From an uncultured delta proteobacterium (GTDB taxonomy: Bacteria; Myxococcota_A; Polyangia; Polyangiales; Polyangiaceae), in the NCBI GenBank assembly GCA_963782055.1, contig CAWAIF010000003.1, positions 736,001-800,000 on the forward strand: DNA of 64,000 nt, given 5' to 3'. Position 1 is the stretch's first letter, and each line of letters starts with the position of its first letter. Below, piece by piece: positions 53,605-62,735 of this stretch. The translations under genes were made by a program, and so were the position numbers. The notes beneath the pieces are model-generated. The model did not search any database. It was not told where the DNA came from and saw only the letters and a list, made by a program, of their open reading frames with translations.

Positions 53605-54030
53605 CCCCCCGGGACGACCGTCCAGTCCCGTCGCACAGGCCCCGCAGGGCAAGACGCGGCAGGCGCAGTGGTAGGGCGCCTGGTCGCTGTGCCACCCGCA
53701 GTGCTCCCATAGTCCACTTTCGGGATGGATGTATGAGAGGGCGCATCAAATACGCTGCAACCCGCCATCTGGTGCGTACCGGGCTTGGACGGCGTGGTCG
53801 CAGTCGGCCACGGCCCCAAGACGGGATCGCAGCACTCTCCGACGTAGCCCCGGTCCGCCCCGCCCCGACCTTTGAGGCCGATCCATCTCCTTGGAAGGCG
53901 TCGTCGACGTTGCCGCCGCCTCGTCCCCAGATCCTTCCCCCCGCACGTGGCGGCAGTGAGCAGCAGCCCGCCGGCCGCCGCGGCGAGGAGGGAGAGGAGC
54001 AGGGATCTGGAGCGGCTTGCGCGCCTCCAG
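53605..54030 (-). pseudogene. Degenerate paralog of Cys-rich lipoprotein, copy 2
   Basis: Same lesions as 42900-43325, with TGA at 53746. Boundaries approximate. Confidence 0.7.
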
Positions 54031-54036
54031 CTCGGG

Positions 54037-54492
54037 TCAGTGGCCCGGTCCGTAGCCGTCGCAGGTGACGCCTGGGTGCGCGTCACCGATGTTGGGGCAG
54101 CAACTGGTGGTGCCCACGGGGGGGCAACACGCCCAGACGGAGGGGTAAACAGCCACGTCCCATGCGCAGTGCGCGAGCCAGTGGGGACCGCCCTCCTCGT
54201 CTGGCGGCCAGAGCCCGCAGTAGATTCTTCGCCAGCCGCCATCGGCGTAGTAGGGCATGTGCGCGTCGTGATCGCAGTCGGCCACGGGCCCGAGGACGGG
54301 ATCGCAGCACTCTCCGACGTAGGCGCCGTCGCCCCCGTCCGTCGACCCGTCCCCGTGGAGGGCGGCGTCGACGTCGTCGCCGCCTTCCGCCCCGAAGAGC
54401 CGCCCCCCGCACGCGGCGACCGAGAGCAACGAGCCGGCGGCCGCCGCAGCCAGGAGGGAGACGAGCACGAGTCTGGAAGGTGTTGCATTCAT
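54037..54492 (-). CDS. Small Cys-rich lipoprotein, copy 2
   Basis: Near-identical to 43332-43793. Confidence 0.75.
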   Translation of the reverse strand: MNATPSRLVLVSLLAAAAAGSLLSVAACGGRLFGAEGGDDVDAALHGDGSTDGGDGAYVGECCDPVLGPVADCDHDAHMPYYADGGWRRIYCGLWPPDEEGGPHWLAHCAWDVAVYPSVWACCPPVGTTSCCPNIGDAHPGVTCDGYGPGH

Positions 54493-54496
54493 CTCG

Positions 54497-56236
54497 TCAC
54501 GGAGGGGCGATGCTGGAGACGTGCATCACGCTGTGGCCGGAGGTCCAGTCGCCGCTGAAGTCGAGCCACCAGAGCCCGCCATTGGCCGAGATGGAGTTGT
54601 GCCGTCCGAGGACGTCCCAGTCGAAGCCGTTGTTGATGGGGACGCCCAGCAACGTAGCAGGCGCGGGTGGGACGGGCCAGATGCGGCCGAGGGACGGCCC
54701 CGAGAGGAAGCCCGGGTTTGCGACGGTGAACTGCGATGCAGTGACGCCGTACACCCCGCTCGGCTGGTTCTGGTGGGTGGAGTCCTCGATGGAGTCCACC
54801 CACGCCAAGCCGACCGAGCCGGTGCCGTAGCCCGTCCAGAAGTGATCGGCGGCCAGCGCCGGCAGGAACTGATCCTGCGGAGGGTTGCCGGGCTGGGTGC
54901 TGTGGTCGGAGTGAAAGACGGGCACAGGTCCGATGTAACCGGGCGCCGAGGGGAAGGTGAAGGCGTTCGACTCGATGTAGGTGCCCGGGATGGGGCCGTA
55001 GGTGTGGTTCCACACGGCGACCGCGTCGATCACCGAGCTGGTGTTGTGGTCGAAGGCGAGCTGCGACCGCGCGTCGTTGACGTAGCTCGCGTCACCGGGG
55101 AAGAAGCCGACGCACGTGGGCCACGGATCGTTCGTGGCGTGGGAATCGGGGAGCTGGTACCAGTGCAGGCCGTAGTCGTAGCTGACGGCCCCCTTCCATC
55201 GCTGGTTGAGCAGCACCTGTCCGCCGGTGGTGCAGTCGACGTGCAGCGTATCCTGGCCCCCCGTGTCGGTCGCGTTGACCGCAGGCCACTGCACCATCAC
55301 GAAGGGATTTCTCGATGGCGGGTTCTGCACCAGCCCGGAGACGATGCTCATGTTGTAGATGGTGCCGGTGAAGATGGGCCCTCCGGTGGAGTAGTAGGCC
55401 TGCTGGGCGAGGTCGATGTCGCGGGGTTCCGTGACCAGCGACCAGGCACCGGTCACCGGGTCCTGGGCGTAGCTGACGATCTGGAACCAGCGGTGACCGC
55501 CGAACGTCCAGGTCACGAAGATGTCGTTCGTTCCGGTGTCGTGGTGGTAGAAGTAGACGCCGTTGTTGCGGTCGGGGAGGTACGAGGCTGCCGCCGCCAG
55601 ATCGTCCAGCCCGATCTGGCCGGCGGATGTACCGGCGTCGTCCGTGGGGACGAGGTGCGGATCGTGCCACGTGACGCCACCGTCGGTGGACAGCACGATC
55701 GCCACGTACTTGTACTCGCAGGGGCACGCCCCGGGGATGCCGGCGCCCCGCCCCACCTGCGCGAGCAGCGCGATGGTGTTGGACTGGTCGGGATCACCGA
55801 CCGGGAGGAGGACGGGCTCCTTGCTGTACACCATCTCGTCGTTCGGATGGAGCTCGGTCCAGCGTGGGGGCGTCCCGGTGATGGCCGTCGTGAGCTCGAC
55901 GGCGGCCCCGCCGTTGTTCACGCTCACCGGGTTGAACCCGCACTGGTTCCCGACGAGGATGCGGACGGGCTGGTCGTTGGTGTGGGTCGACTCCTCCTCC
56001 CAGGCGGTGGTCGTCCGGAAGCCCTGGGGACACGTGGAGTCAGCGACCGTGATGGTCGACGACGTGGCAAAGTGGTTTTGTCCGCCGCCCGAGCCGAAGC
56101 CCGGGACGTTGGTGTACGTCGAGGCTGTCACCGAGTTCAGCGCCTCGGATGACGTGCTCACCGCCTCGTCGTCAACCGCGCACGCCGCCAGCACCGCGGC
56201 CAGGGTGGCGATGGCCGCCAGACTCAGTCGTTTCAT
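54497..56236 (-). CDS. 579-aa lipoprotein with Asp-box (BNR) motifs, sialidase-like beta-propeller
   Basis: Lipobox LAAC, Asp-box motifs STDGGVTW and SYDYGLHW. GGAGG SD upstream. Confidence 0.8.
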   Translation of the reverse strand: MKRLSLAAIATLAAVLAACAVDDEAVSTSSEALNSVTASTYTNVPGFGSGGGQNHFATSSTITVADSTCPQGFRTTTAWEEESTHTNDQPVRILVGNQCGFNPVSVNNGGAAVELTTAITGTPPRWTELHPNDEMVYSKEPVLLPVGDPDQSNTIALLAQVGRGAGIPGACPCEYKYVAIVLSTDGGVTWHDPHLVPTDDAGTSAGQIGLDDLAAAASYLPDRNNGVYFYHHDTGTNDIFVTWTFGGHRWFQIVSYAQDPVTGAWSLVTEPRDIDLAQQAYYSTGGPIFTGTIYNMSIVSGLVQNPPSRNPFVMVQWPAVNATDTGGQDTLHVDCTTGGQVLLNQRWKGAVSYDYGLHWYQLPDSHATNDPWPTCVGFFPGDASYVNDARSQLAFDHNTSSVIDAVAVWNHTYGPIPGTYIESNAFTFPSAPGYIGPVPVFHSDHSTQPGNPPQDQFLPALAADHFWTGYGTGSVGLAWVDSIEDSTHQNQPSGVYGVTASQFTVANPGFLSGPSLGRIWPVPPAPATLLGVPINNGFDWDVLGRHNSISANGGLWWLDFSGDWTSGHSVMHVSSIAPP

Positions 56237-56343
56237 GCGAACCTCCTTCGCCCGACGTCGCAGCCGGAGCTCGCCAGTGCCTGGCCCGCCACCGACTGCC
56301 TGCCTCGCCGTGCACCAACGACGCTACGCGGATCCCGTCATTC

Positions 56344-56370
56344 GTAAATACAAGCGAGCTTGTATGTTAC
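56344..56370. promoter_or_regulatory. AT-rich palindrome (operator or terminator), copy 2
   Basis: Identical to 44664-44690. Confidence 0.5.
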
Positions 56371-56392
56371 CGATGGGGAAGCGATCTACAGA

Positions 56393-57574
56393 CTAGCGTG
56401 TACTCGACTTGGTGCCGCCGGTGACGCCGACGAAGAGGAGCGCGGCCAGGAACGCCGCGGCGCCGGCGGCGACGCCCTGCACGACGGCGTACGGCACGAG
56501 CGTCAGGTGCGGCTCGCCGTGCAGGGCGTAGCCGGCGAAGGCGGCGGCGAGCGACACGACGACCGCGGTGAGCCACGGGCGGAAGCGGTACATGAGCAGC
56601 GCGGGCACGAAGCCGATGAGCGCGGCGACGGCGGGGTAGACCAGCTCGAGGTGCGTGCCGAAGACGGGCAGCGGGCCGCTCCGGGCGAGGAGCTTCGCGC
56701 CCTCGGCGGCGAGCTTGGCGGCGCCCAGGCCGGCGCCGACGAAGAGGACCATGTAGCCGAAGGCGGTGAGCCCAGCGCGCGTGGTGAAGCGGCTGGGCGC
56801 CTTCTTCTTCACAACACGCTTCGCCGGCGCCGCGGCCTCGTCCGCGGCGCCGGTGCGCGCCGCGGTCGCCTTGCCGCGCGGGCCGGGCGCGGGCATCGGT
56901 CCGGAGGTCGACGGCGGCGCGTCGCCCACCGCGACCACCATGGGTGGCGGCGTGCTGGAGGGCACCACCTCCGAGATGGACGGTCGTGTCTTGAGCCCCT
57001 GCCCGTGCGCGCGGGCGCGTCGCAGGTAGTGCTCGCGGTCCGCGGCGGACACCGCGGGATCGTCGGCGAGGAGCAGGGCATGCCTCACGCTCCCCATCTC
57101 GGCGAGGGCGCGCGCGTACTCCGGGCTCTCCGGTGCGTCGGTCACCCCCGCGCTGCGCGCGGCGCTGCGGTACCACACGTCGGCCTTGTCGGCGTCGGCG
57201 CCGTAGTGCACGCCCAGCTCGTAGAGGTTGGCGAGGTAGACCTTCGCCTCCACGAACCCGCCGTCGGCGGAGGCGCGCAGGTGCGCGGCGCCCTCCTTCA
57301 GGTCCTGCGGGACGACGCCGCCGGCGAGGTGGAAGAGGGCGAGGGCGTACTCCGCCTCCGGGCTGCCCAGCTTCGCCGCGGCGGCGTACGCCTCGTAGCA
57401 CCGGCGAAGGTCCTTCGGCTGGCCGTGCAGGCCGCCGCGGAAGGCCCTGGCGAGGAGCAGCAGACCCTCGACGTCGCCGGCGCGCTCCAGGTCCTCGCGC
57501 GTGCCGAGCTCGACTTCCCCCTCTGCCTCGGGGAGGTCTTCCTCTTGCTCGCCTTCAGGACGCGGGGCCGCCAT
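56393..57574 (-). CDS. Sel1-repeat membrane protein, copy 2
   Basis: Sel1-like repeats plus C-terminal TMs. The start overlaps the srfC 3' end by 20 bp. Confidence 0.85.
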   Translation of the reverse strand: MAAPRPEGEQEEDLPEAEGEVELGTREDLERAGDVEGLLLLARAFRGGLHGQPKDLRRCYEAYAAAAKLGSPEAEYALALFHLAGGVVPQDLKEGAAHLRASADGGFVEAKVYLANLYELGVHYGADADKADVWYRSAARSAGVTDAPESPEYARALAEMGSVRHALLLADDPAVSAADREHYLRRARAHGQGLKTRPSISEVVPSSTPPPMVVAVGDAPPSTSGPMPAPGPRGKATAARTGAADEAAAPAKRVVKKKAPSRFTTRAGLTAFGYMVLFVGAGLGAAKLAAEGAKLLARSGPLPVFGTHLELVYPAVAALIGFVPALLMYRFRPWLTAVVVSLAAAFAGYALHGEPHLTLVPYAVVQGVAAGAAAFLAALLFVGVTGGTKSSTR

Positions 57575-60086
57575 GGGCTCTCTCCACCTCGGCGAGCACC
57601 GCCAGCAGCCGGCGGGTGCGCGGCTCGTCGGCGGGCGGCCTGGGGGAGCTGCCGCGGTTCTTCAGGTAGAACTCGCCCAGGTGCTCGGCCCAGGTGCGGT
57701 ACCTGCGCCGGCCCGCGAAGATGATCTCCACGTCCGCGGCGGGGGTGGACTCGTCGGCGTCGAAGTCGACGTTGCTCCAGTCGATGGCGTCGCCCGGCTG
57801 GCCGGGCCGGCCGAGCTCCTCGGCGTAGCTGAGCCGCACCGGCGGCGTCGGGGTGGCGCGCTCGCCCGTCTCCAGCAGGCCCACCATGGCGTCGGTGACC
57901 TTCACCTGCAGGATGCGCGCGACCAGACGGAAGCTCACCGTGCTGCGGGAGAAGTACGGGTAGATGGCGGTGCCCAGGATGGGCAGCACCTGCCGCGAGG
58001 TGCACACCTCCCGCACGAAGCCGTCCACCATCGCCTGGGGGAGCGCGAGGTCGGACTCGCGGATGCGCTCGCTCGCGGTCTGCATCCACCACTTGAGGGT
58101 GTGCACCAGCACGCGCTTGACCTTGTCGCTCGCCTTGATGGACATGGGCGCCACCTGCGACCACGCGCGGCGCACCTCGTCCTCCAGCTCGTCGTCGTCC
58201 GCCACGAAGCGGCGCACCAGATCGCCGAAGACGGCGCCGCTCGCCCGGCGGCGCATCTCGCGGTCGACCGCCTCCACCAGCTCGCGCGCGCTCGCCGCGA
58301 TGCGCTCGCGCTCCTCCGCCTCGTCGCGCGAGGGCGTGAGGGAGCGCAGCACGTTGACCAGCTCGCCGTGGATGGCCTTGCCCTCCGCCTCCAGCTCGCG
58401 GGCCTTCACGTCGTCCTGCATCTTGTCGCGCAGGGCGGTGCAGAGGAGGGGCACGCCGCTGCGCGGCAGGCCATCGTCGCCGGCGCCCTCCACCGCCGCC
58501 CACTTCGCCTCGAAGCGGGCGATGTGCCGCTGCACCGCGCGCGACTGCATGTAGCCGGTCTTGACCACGTCGTAGTCGGGCTCGGCCGGCTTCAGCGTCG
58601 TCATCTGGTCGGCGTAGGGGTTTCTGACCCAGAACATGTTGGCGAAGGGGCGGCTCTTGGCCCCCCAGTTGTAGAGCCACGACGAGGCGCCGCGCGCCCA
58701 GAACTCCACGCACGCCTCCTGCACGCGCGAGTCCCAGCGGTCGCGCGCGTTGTCGCTGCGCAGCGCGCCGAGGCTCATGTCGTACTTCGTCAGCGCGACG
58801 AAGAGGCTGGGTCGCTCCACGTCGCCGGCGAGGGTGGGGGTGGGGGAGCCGTGGCGGATGCGCAGCCAGCTCTCCACCTGCGACTGCATCTGGATGGCCT
58901 CCGGCTTCGTCGGACCGGGGGAGCAGAGGACCAGGGCGGTGATCTCGCGGTCCAGCGAGTACTGCTCGAAGAGGTAGGTGAGCTTGCCGCGCTTGTAGAC
59001 CTCGATGGCGTTGTCCATCTGGCCGGTGGACAGCTCCGCCTGGCCGAAGCCGTTGATGCCCTTGAGGGCGCGGCCGCCGGGGAAGTCGAGCAGATCGCAC
59101 ATCTCCAGCAGGGAGCCCTTCGCGCGGGCGAGCTGCAGGCGGATCTCGGCGATGAGGCCGGCGAGGACGCCGGGGGCGATCTGCGACTCGCGCGCGCCGC
59201 CGGCGGGGCGCACGCGCATCATGCCGCCGCCCTTGCCCATCGCGTTGAGGCAGGCGGCGTCGATGATGCTGGTGCCCTCGCTGGACGCGCGCACGTGCTC
59301 CAGACCGACCTCCACCACCTCGGCGTCGCCGACGGCCTCCAGGCCCTGGCAGAGCAGGCGCAGCACCTGATCGAGGTCCGGCGCGTGGCCGGGGCCGCCC
59401 CAGAGCAGGGAGAAGACGAGCTGCCAGCCGGCGACCGAGGCGATGTCCTTCTTCCACGCGTCGCTCTTGAGGGCCGTGCGGGCGCGGAGCTCGTTCAGGT
59501 AGGGGTGGCGGTCCTGGTACTTCTTGTTCAGGCCGTGCCAGACGGCGTCCCACGCGGCGCGGTAGGCGGGCGGGGCAGCCGCGCCGGAGAGGAGGCGCGC
59601 GTCGCGCAGGCACTTCTCCACGCGATCGCTGGCGATGCTGGGGGAGGTGCACTCGACGAGGAAGCCGGTGGCGAGCGACTCCAGCACGCCCTCGAGTGAG
59701 AGGAGCTGGCAGAGAAAACCGCTCTGCACCGGCTCCGCCGGGTCGTGAGTGGAGAAGCGGGTGACGACGCCGGTGGACTCCACGCCCTTGGCCGGGTTGA
59801 TCTCCTTCAGGAAGTCGATCTGCCGGCCGCCGCAGCGCACCTCCAGGGTGCCGAGCTCGTGGGAGAGGATGGCACCGACCAGGAAGGACTTGCCCGCCTG
59901 CGAAGGGCCGAAGAGGCCGAGCGCCTGCGGACGGCCGCTGGCGCGCGCGAGCTTGCGCACGCGCACCGAGAGATCGTGCAGGACGTGAGACTCCGCCTGG
60001 TGCTCGCCGTCGCCGCCGGGAAGCGCGAGCGCCTGGGCGGCGTCGGAGACGCCCTGAGAGAGTGCGTGAAGCGTGCTCGGGTCCAT
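57555..60086 (-). CDS. srfC: Virulence factor SrfC family protein (dynamin-like GTPase motifs)
   Basis: GLFGPSQAGKSFLV, INP..GVESTGVVTRFS, DLLDFPGGR, RGKLTYLFEQYS and LTKYD. Confidence 0.88.
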   Translation of the reverse strand: MDPSTLHALSQGVSDAAQALALPGGDGEHQAESHVLHDLSVRVRKLARASGRPQALGLFGPSQAGKSFLVGAILSHELGTLEVRCGGRQIDFLKEINPAKGVESTGVVTRFSTHDPAEPVQSGFLCQLLSLEGVLESLATGFLVECTSPSIASDRVEKCLRDARLLSGAAAPPAYRAAWDAVWHGLNKKYQDRHPYLNELRARTALKSDAWKKDIASVAGWQLVFSLLWGGPGHAPDLDQVLRLLCQGLEAVGDAEVVEVGLEHVRASSEGTSIIDAACLNAMGKGGGMMRVRPAGGARESQIAPGVLAGLIAEIRLQLARAKGSLLEMCDLLDFPGGRALKGINGFGQAELSTGQMDNAIEVYKRGKLTYLFEQYSLDREITALVLCSPGPTKPEAIQMQSQVESWLRIRHGSPTPTLAGDVERPSLFVALTKYDMSLGALRSDNARDRWDSRVQEACVEFWARGASSWLYNWGAKSRPFANMFWVRNPYADQMTTLKPAEPDYDVVKTGYMQSRAVQRHIARFEAKWAAVEGAGDDGLPRSGVPLLCTALRDKMQDDVKARELEAEGKAIHGELVNVLRSLTPSRDEAEERERIAASARELVEAVDREMRRRASGAVFGDLVRRFVADDDELEDEVRRAWSQVAPMSIKASDKVKRVLVHTLKWWMQTASERIRESDLALPQAMVDGFVREVCTSRQVLPILGTAIYPYFSRSTVSFRLVARILQVKVTDAMVGLLETGERATPTPPVRLSYAEELGRPGQPGDAIDWSNVDFDADESTPAADVEIIFAGRRRYRTWAEHLGEFYLKNRGSSPRPPADEPRTRRLLAVLAEVERAHGGPAS

Positions 60087-60106
60087 CCGGCGCTCATCCT
60101 ACTGCA

Positions 60107-61327
60107 TCAGAAGGGGTGCCAGCCCCCCGCCTTGTCCATCCACTCGACGTGCACGCCCTGGAAGCTGCCGCCCGGCTTGAGCGTCACCACGTAGGTGTTG
60201 CCCGCGCCGCCGGGGGGCGTGGTGGCGGCCACCAGCGCCTGGCCCTGCGTGACCCTCCACCGCACGGCATCCGGTCGGAAGTGCGTGCGCGTCGGCGCCG
60301 CCGTCCCGGCGCCAATCCCGCCGCCCGTGACGACGACGGTGCCGGTCCCCATGCCGGTGCCGGTGCCCGTGCCCAGCTCGCCGCCGTCCCCCGCGGCCTC
60401 TCCGTCCCCCGCGGCCTCGGCATCGCCCCCGGCGGCGCCGTCGTCGCTGGCGTCTGCCGCCGCACCACCGTCACCCGCCATCGCCGCGGCGTCCGCGCTC
60501 GCCGCGCCATCGGCCGCGGCACCATCGGCGACGGCGCCGTCGGCGTGGGCCGCGCCGTCGGCGGCTGCCGCGTCGGCTGCCGGCTCCGGCGCGAGGCCTC
60601 CGCACGAGCGGAGCAGCCACGCCAGGCCGATGAGCACCGCCATCGCGAAGAGACCGGAGAGGATCCAGAGCCACCACGGCAGGATCTTCTTCTCCCCGTG
60701 CTCCGGCGGCTTCTCCTCTTCCTTCTGCTCCTCTTCTTCCTTCTTCTCCTCCGCCCGCTTCTCTTGCGGGGGGACGGCGGCGGTCTCCGTCGCGGGAGCG
60801 GCGGCAGCAACGGCGGCGGCGGCCGCGGCTGCAGCGGCCGTCTCGGCGCTGCCGAGCTTCGTCCAGTCGACCCAGCCGAAGACACGCACCTCCTGCCCGG
60901 CGAGGGTGCGCGGCGAGGCCCCCCAGTGGATGGCGAGGACCTTCTTCTGCACGGGATCGAAGTAGTAGTGCTCCTCCTCGTTCTCCGCCGCGGAGCCCGG
61001 CTGCAGGCCGGCGGGGAAGGTGAGGGCGTCCTTGAACTTGCGGTAGCCGGAGTCCTCCCGCCCGAGCTCCTCGGCGGTGCGCTCCAGGCACTTGACGAAG
61101 TCGCCCACCGCCGCCTCGACCTCGGCCGGGTGCTGCGCGCGGGCGTCGCGGAGCGGAACGAGTCCTTCCAGGTCCCAGATCACGCGGGAGGGGAGGCTGT
61201 CGGCCCCTTCGGTCTCGGGGACGAGGAGGCGACCGTCGAAGAACTGCGGCTGGTTGAGGTCCGGCGCGAGCTTCCAGATGGAGACGCCGCCGACGAGGTT
61301 GGGAAGCCAGGTCGCCTTGTCGTTCAC
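60107..61327 (-). CDS. SrfA-like membrane protein
   Basis: YFDPVQKKVLAIHWG resembles the SrfA N-domain V..FWG motif, and PWWLW...LLRSC is a TM segment. It is followed by an Ala/Asp/Gly linker and lies adjacent to srfC. Confidence 0.6.
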   Translation of the reverse strand: MNDKATWLPNLVGGVSIWKLAPDLNQPQFFDGRLLVPETEGADSLPSRVIWDLEGLVPLRDARAQHPAEVEAAVGDFVKCLERTAEELGREDSGYRKFKDALTFPAGLQPGSAAENEEEHYYFDPVQKKVLAIHWGASPRTLAGQEVRVFGWVDWTKLGSAETAAAAAAAAAVAAAAPATETAAVPPQEKRAEEKKEEEEQKEEEKPPEHGEKKILPWWLWILSGLFAMAVLIGLAWLLRSCGGLAPEPAADAAAADGAAHADGAVADGAAADGAASADAAAMAGDGGAAADASDDGAAGGDAEAAGDGEAAGDGGELGTGTGTGMGTGTVVVTGGGIGAGTAAPTRTHFRPDAVRWRVTQGQALVAATTPPGGAGNTYVVTLKPGGSFQGVHVEWMDKAGGWHPF

Positions 61328-61995
61328 GTTCGCACCAGCGCGCGCGAGCGCACCATCCCGGTGGCGGTGATCCGGCAGAGGAAGCTCTTCGGCACGACGG
61401 CCTTGGACTTCGGGTCGGAACCGGGCTCGCGCTCGTGGAGCTGGGAGTCGAACACCTGGGTGTGGTCCACGCTCTCCAGGCGCAGGCGCGGGAGCTCGCT
61501 GGACATGAGGGTGGCGAGGAGCGGGGCGATCACCGCGACGTTGGCGCGGTCGGCGTTGCGGTCCTCTGCGAAGGCGTAAAAGAGGCGGCTGGAGGCCAGG
61601 CCCACCTGCATGCGCAGGTCTTCGTCGATGGGGGCGCGGAAGAAGAAGTTGAGGGCGGCCGCCAGGGTGAAGCCGGCGTCCTCGTCGAGCTGCTCGGCGA
61701 GCTCGCCGAAGAAGAGGCGGAGGGGGAAGGCCTTGTCCGCCGGTCGCGCGCCGAGGATGTCGTCGCCGAGGATGTCGCCCAGCACGAGCCGGGAGAGGAC
61801 GGAGTCGGTCAGGCGGCTGGCGCTTCGTGGCGCCGCGGGCACCGCGGAGAGGCGCTCCGGCGAGCCGGTGGCGACGGTGGGGGCGGGCGTGTCGACGCGG
61901 CCGAGGCGCGCGTCGACCGCTGCACGGAGGGTGTCCTTGTCGGTGGAAGCGACGAGGGCGTCGAGGACTGCGCCGAGGAGGTCAGGGCGGCTCAC
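61324..61995 (-). CDS. Hypothetical protein with GrpE-like C-terminal beta domain
   Basis: C-terminus FDSQLHE...F...G.VRSRALV resembles GrpE FDPxxHE...GY...VLRPAxV. GTGA overlap with the SrfA-like gene. Confidence 0.6.
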   Translation of the reverse strand: MSRPDLLGAVLDALVASTDKDTLRAAVDARLGRVDTPAPTVATGSPERLSAVPAAPRSASRLTDSVLSRLVLGDILGDDILGARPADKAFPLRLFFGELAEQLDEDAGFTLAAALNFFFRAPIDEDLRMQVGLASSRLFYAFAEDRNADRANVAVIAPLLATLMSSELPRLRLESVDHTQVFDSQLHEREPGSDPKSKAVVPKSFLCRITATGMVRSRALVRT

Positions 61996-62061
61996 GGGCT
62001 GATATTCACCCGGAGCGCGAGGGGGATCCAGCGAAAGGGGTGGGGCGGGGTGGAGCGGCCG

Positions 62062-62616
62062 TCATCTAGCCGGCGGACGCGCCGGGAACGGCTTCATCAC
62101 GCGATCGACCACGCCCCGGACGCGCGCGTCATCGGGCTTCTGCGGGTCGATCTCGGTGGTCGCGGCGCCGTGCCAGACCTGACCCCCGGTCCTGTCCAGG
62201 ACGTCGATGACGATGCCGCCTTCGACCGCGCTGCGCGTCTCGTCTCCATCCCCCCCGCGCGCCGTCACGCGCCACGAGCGCCCCACGACGGTCTCCACGT
62301 CTCGCCGGCCCGCCGAGCACAGGATGACCAGCTCGCCCTGACCCGGCGGCGCGAGCACGTAGCCCTTCTGCTCGAGCGCCTGCGTGATGGACGCCTTCAT
62401 CAGGTCGATGACGTGAGCGGAGCGCGGTGACTGCGGGTAGTCGCTGAGCGCGCGCTGGTGGTAGGCCGAGGCTCCCGTCGTGGGCGCGAAGGAGAACGTG
62501 CGGTAGTGCACGATCGGCGCGGTCTCGAGCGAGGTCGTTTGAACATCGGTCGGCGGCGCGCACGCCGCGCCTCCCAGCGCGAGCAGACCGGCGAGGACGG
62601 AGACGACCGGCTTCAT
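62062..62616 (-). CDS. DUF4136-like lipoprotein
   Basis: Lipobox GAAC, YRTFSF, ALEQKGY, EGGIVIDVLD, VWHG and PFP. Confidence 0.8.
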   Translation of the reverse strand: MKPVVSVLAGLLALGGAACAPPTDVQTTSLETAPIVHYRTFSFAPTTGASAYHQRALSDYPQSPRSAHVIDLMKASITQALEQKGYVLAPPGQGELVILCSAGRRDVETVVGRSWRVTARGGDGDETRSAVEGGIVIDVLDRTGGQVWHGAATTEIDPQKPDDARVRGVVDRVMKPFPARPPAR

Positions 62617-62708
62617 GCGATGACCGGCTGCATCCGTCATGCCGCGGCGCCGCAGGACGTCCCGACCGCGCGCTCGTGGCACCGGCACACGAAAAGAACG
62701 GCGGCCGC

Positions 62709-62735
62709 GCACGAGACGCACGAGACGCACGAGAC
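62709..62735 (+). repeat. 3 x 9-bp tandem repeat GCACGAGAC
   Basis: Read directly in the divergent intergenic region. Confidence 0.85.

Larger units (their letters stand above)
47625..59268 (+). repeat. Tandem duplication, copy 2 (~11.6 kb)
   Basis: Homology to copy 1 ends at GTCGATGATG (47624 versus 59268). Confidence 0.97.

Noticed and set aside
36604..59268. Prophage, ICE or IS as the cause of the duplication
   Set aside because: No integrase, transposase, terminal inverted repeats, att-like repeats or tRNA target seen.
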